A stretch of 64,000 bases of DNA from Klebsormidium nitens. Taxonomy: Eukaryota; Plantae; Klebsormidiophyceae. Numbering within the stretch: position 1 is the first letter of the stretch; every line of letters starts with the position of its first letter. Shown in pieces: positions 63,297 to 64,000 of this stretch. Where the stretch lies: positions 124,001 to 188,000 of the forward strand of contig DF237033.1 of the NCBI GenBank assembly GCA_000708835.1, given 5' to 3'. A program made the translations under genes and the position numbers. The notes beneath the pieces were generated by a model that was not told the origin of the DNA, made no database searches, and saw only the letters and a program-made list of their open reading frames with translations.

Positions 63297-64000
63297 TGCG
63301 CAAAAGCGGGGTCTGTGTATTTAAAAATTCCATAACTTTTAGGGTTTAGGGTATAAAGGATTCACGGATTGCGGTTTGAATTACAGCTTCGAAGGCACGG
63401 CGGTTGTCGAAAAGGAGAAGAAGGCGCTTCGGGGGGCGGACTTGGAGACAGTGGGGGTCTGCGTGGAAAGCGGAGGGCCTTTGTTTGCGTTTTCGAACGT
63501 CGGAGATTTTGGAACTTAGGACTTCGAAGTTGGACGTTCAGGCGTAGGGGACGTTGTTGCTTCAAACGGGCGTTTCAGAGAAAAACACGGCGACAATCTC
63601 AGGGCCTGCTTGAGTGAGACACGTTCATCGATTTCATGCTTCAGCATTCAGTGTAATCTTTTCGGACTGGGGTTCCTGACTTCAAGGTCAGGGGTTTTTG
63701 ACACTTTGTGTTAAGGACGGACGGAGTGCCATCCGTTCCGTCGAAGCAGAGGCGCTTCGGGTTACTAACAAGGATGCTTTTAAAGCCAACCAGCCACCGA
63801 TTGTCAACGACAAGTCTTGAAACAATCTTCTAGGCACTCGACTCTCCCCCAAGTGGGTTTGCTTCTGCGCTTATGTTCGGGCTTGGTCGCAACGTTTCTG
63901 GCGCCACGATGACGGCGGGCTCGCTCTTCGTCTATCAACTAGAACTCACCATACAGAAGAAAAAGAACACATATGAATGCACAACACAAAAGAAGACGAA

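Noticed and set aside
63337-63352. TTTTAGGGTTTAGGG telomere-like repeat
   Set aside because: Only two units inside an intron; at most a telo-box, not a telomere.

Overview
Intron-rich eukaryotic DNA. The plant-type gene content and GC3-rich exons suggest a streptophyte green alga such as Klebsormidium; this is inference only. I assembled these genes by hand from GT/GC-AG exons with matching phases: the 3' part of an Ariadne RBR E3 ligase (+), four intact two-exon paralogs plus two pseudogene remnants of a small two-TM glycine-zipper protein family (-), an N-acylated P-loop-dead adenylate-kinase-like protein (-), a Cys-repeat/PT-linker thaumatin-like protein (+), a small SET/post-SET methyltransferase (-), TAF11 (-), an SMP-type LEA protein (-), an intronless MLKL/HeLo-like-WD40 protein (+) and the 3' part of an EDR2-like DUF1336 gene (-). 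Four MITEs are also present. The most striking signal is 'exon echoes'. In six unrelated genes the introns contain series of decaying tandem copies of the splice junction of the adjacent real exon: acceptor plus exon start upstream, and exon end plus donor downstream. Many copies keep intact decoy splice sites, and similarity tends to fall with distance from the exon. Most ORFs in the supplied track are antisense shadows or echo artefacts. No tRNA, rRNA or CRISPR array was seen. All coordinates were read by eye.
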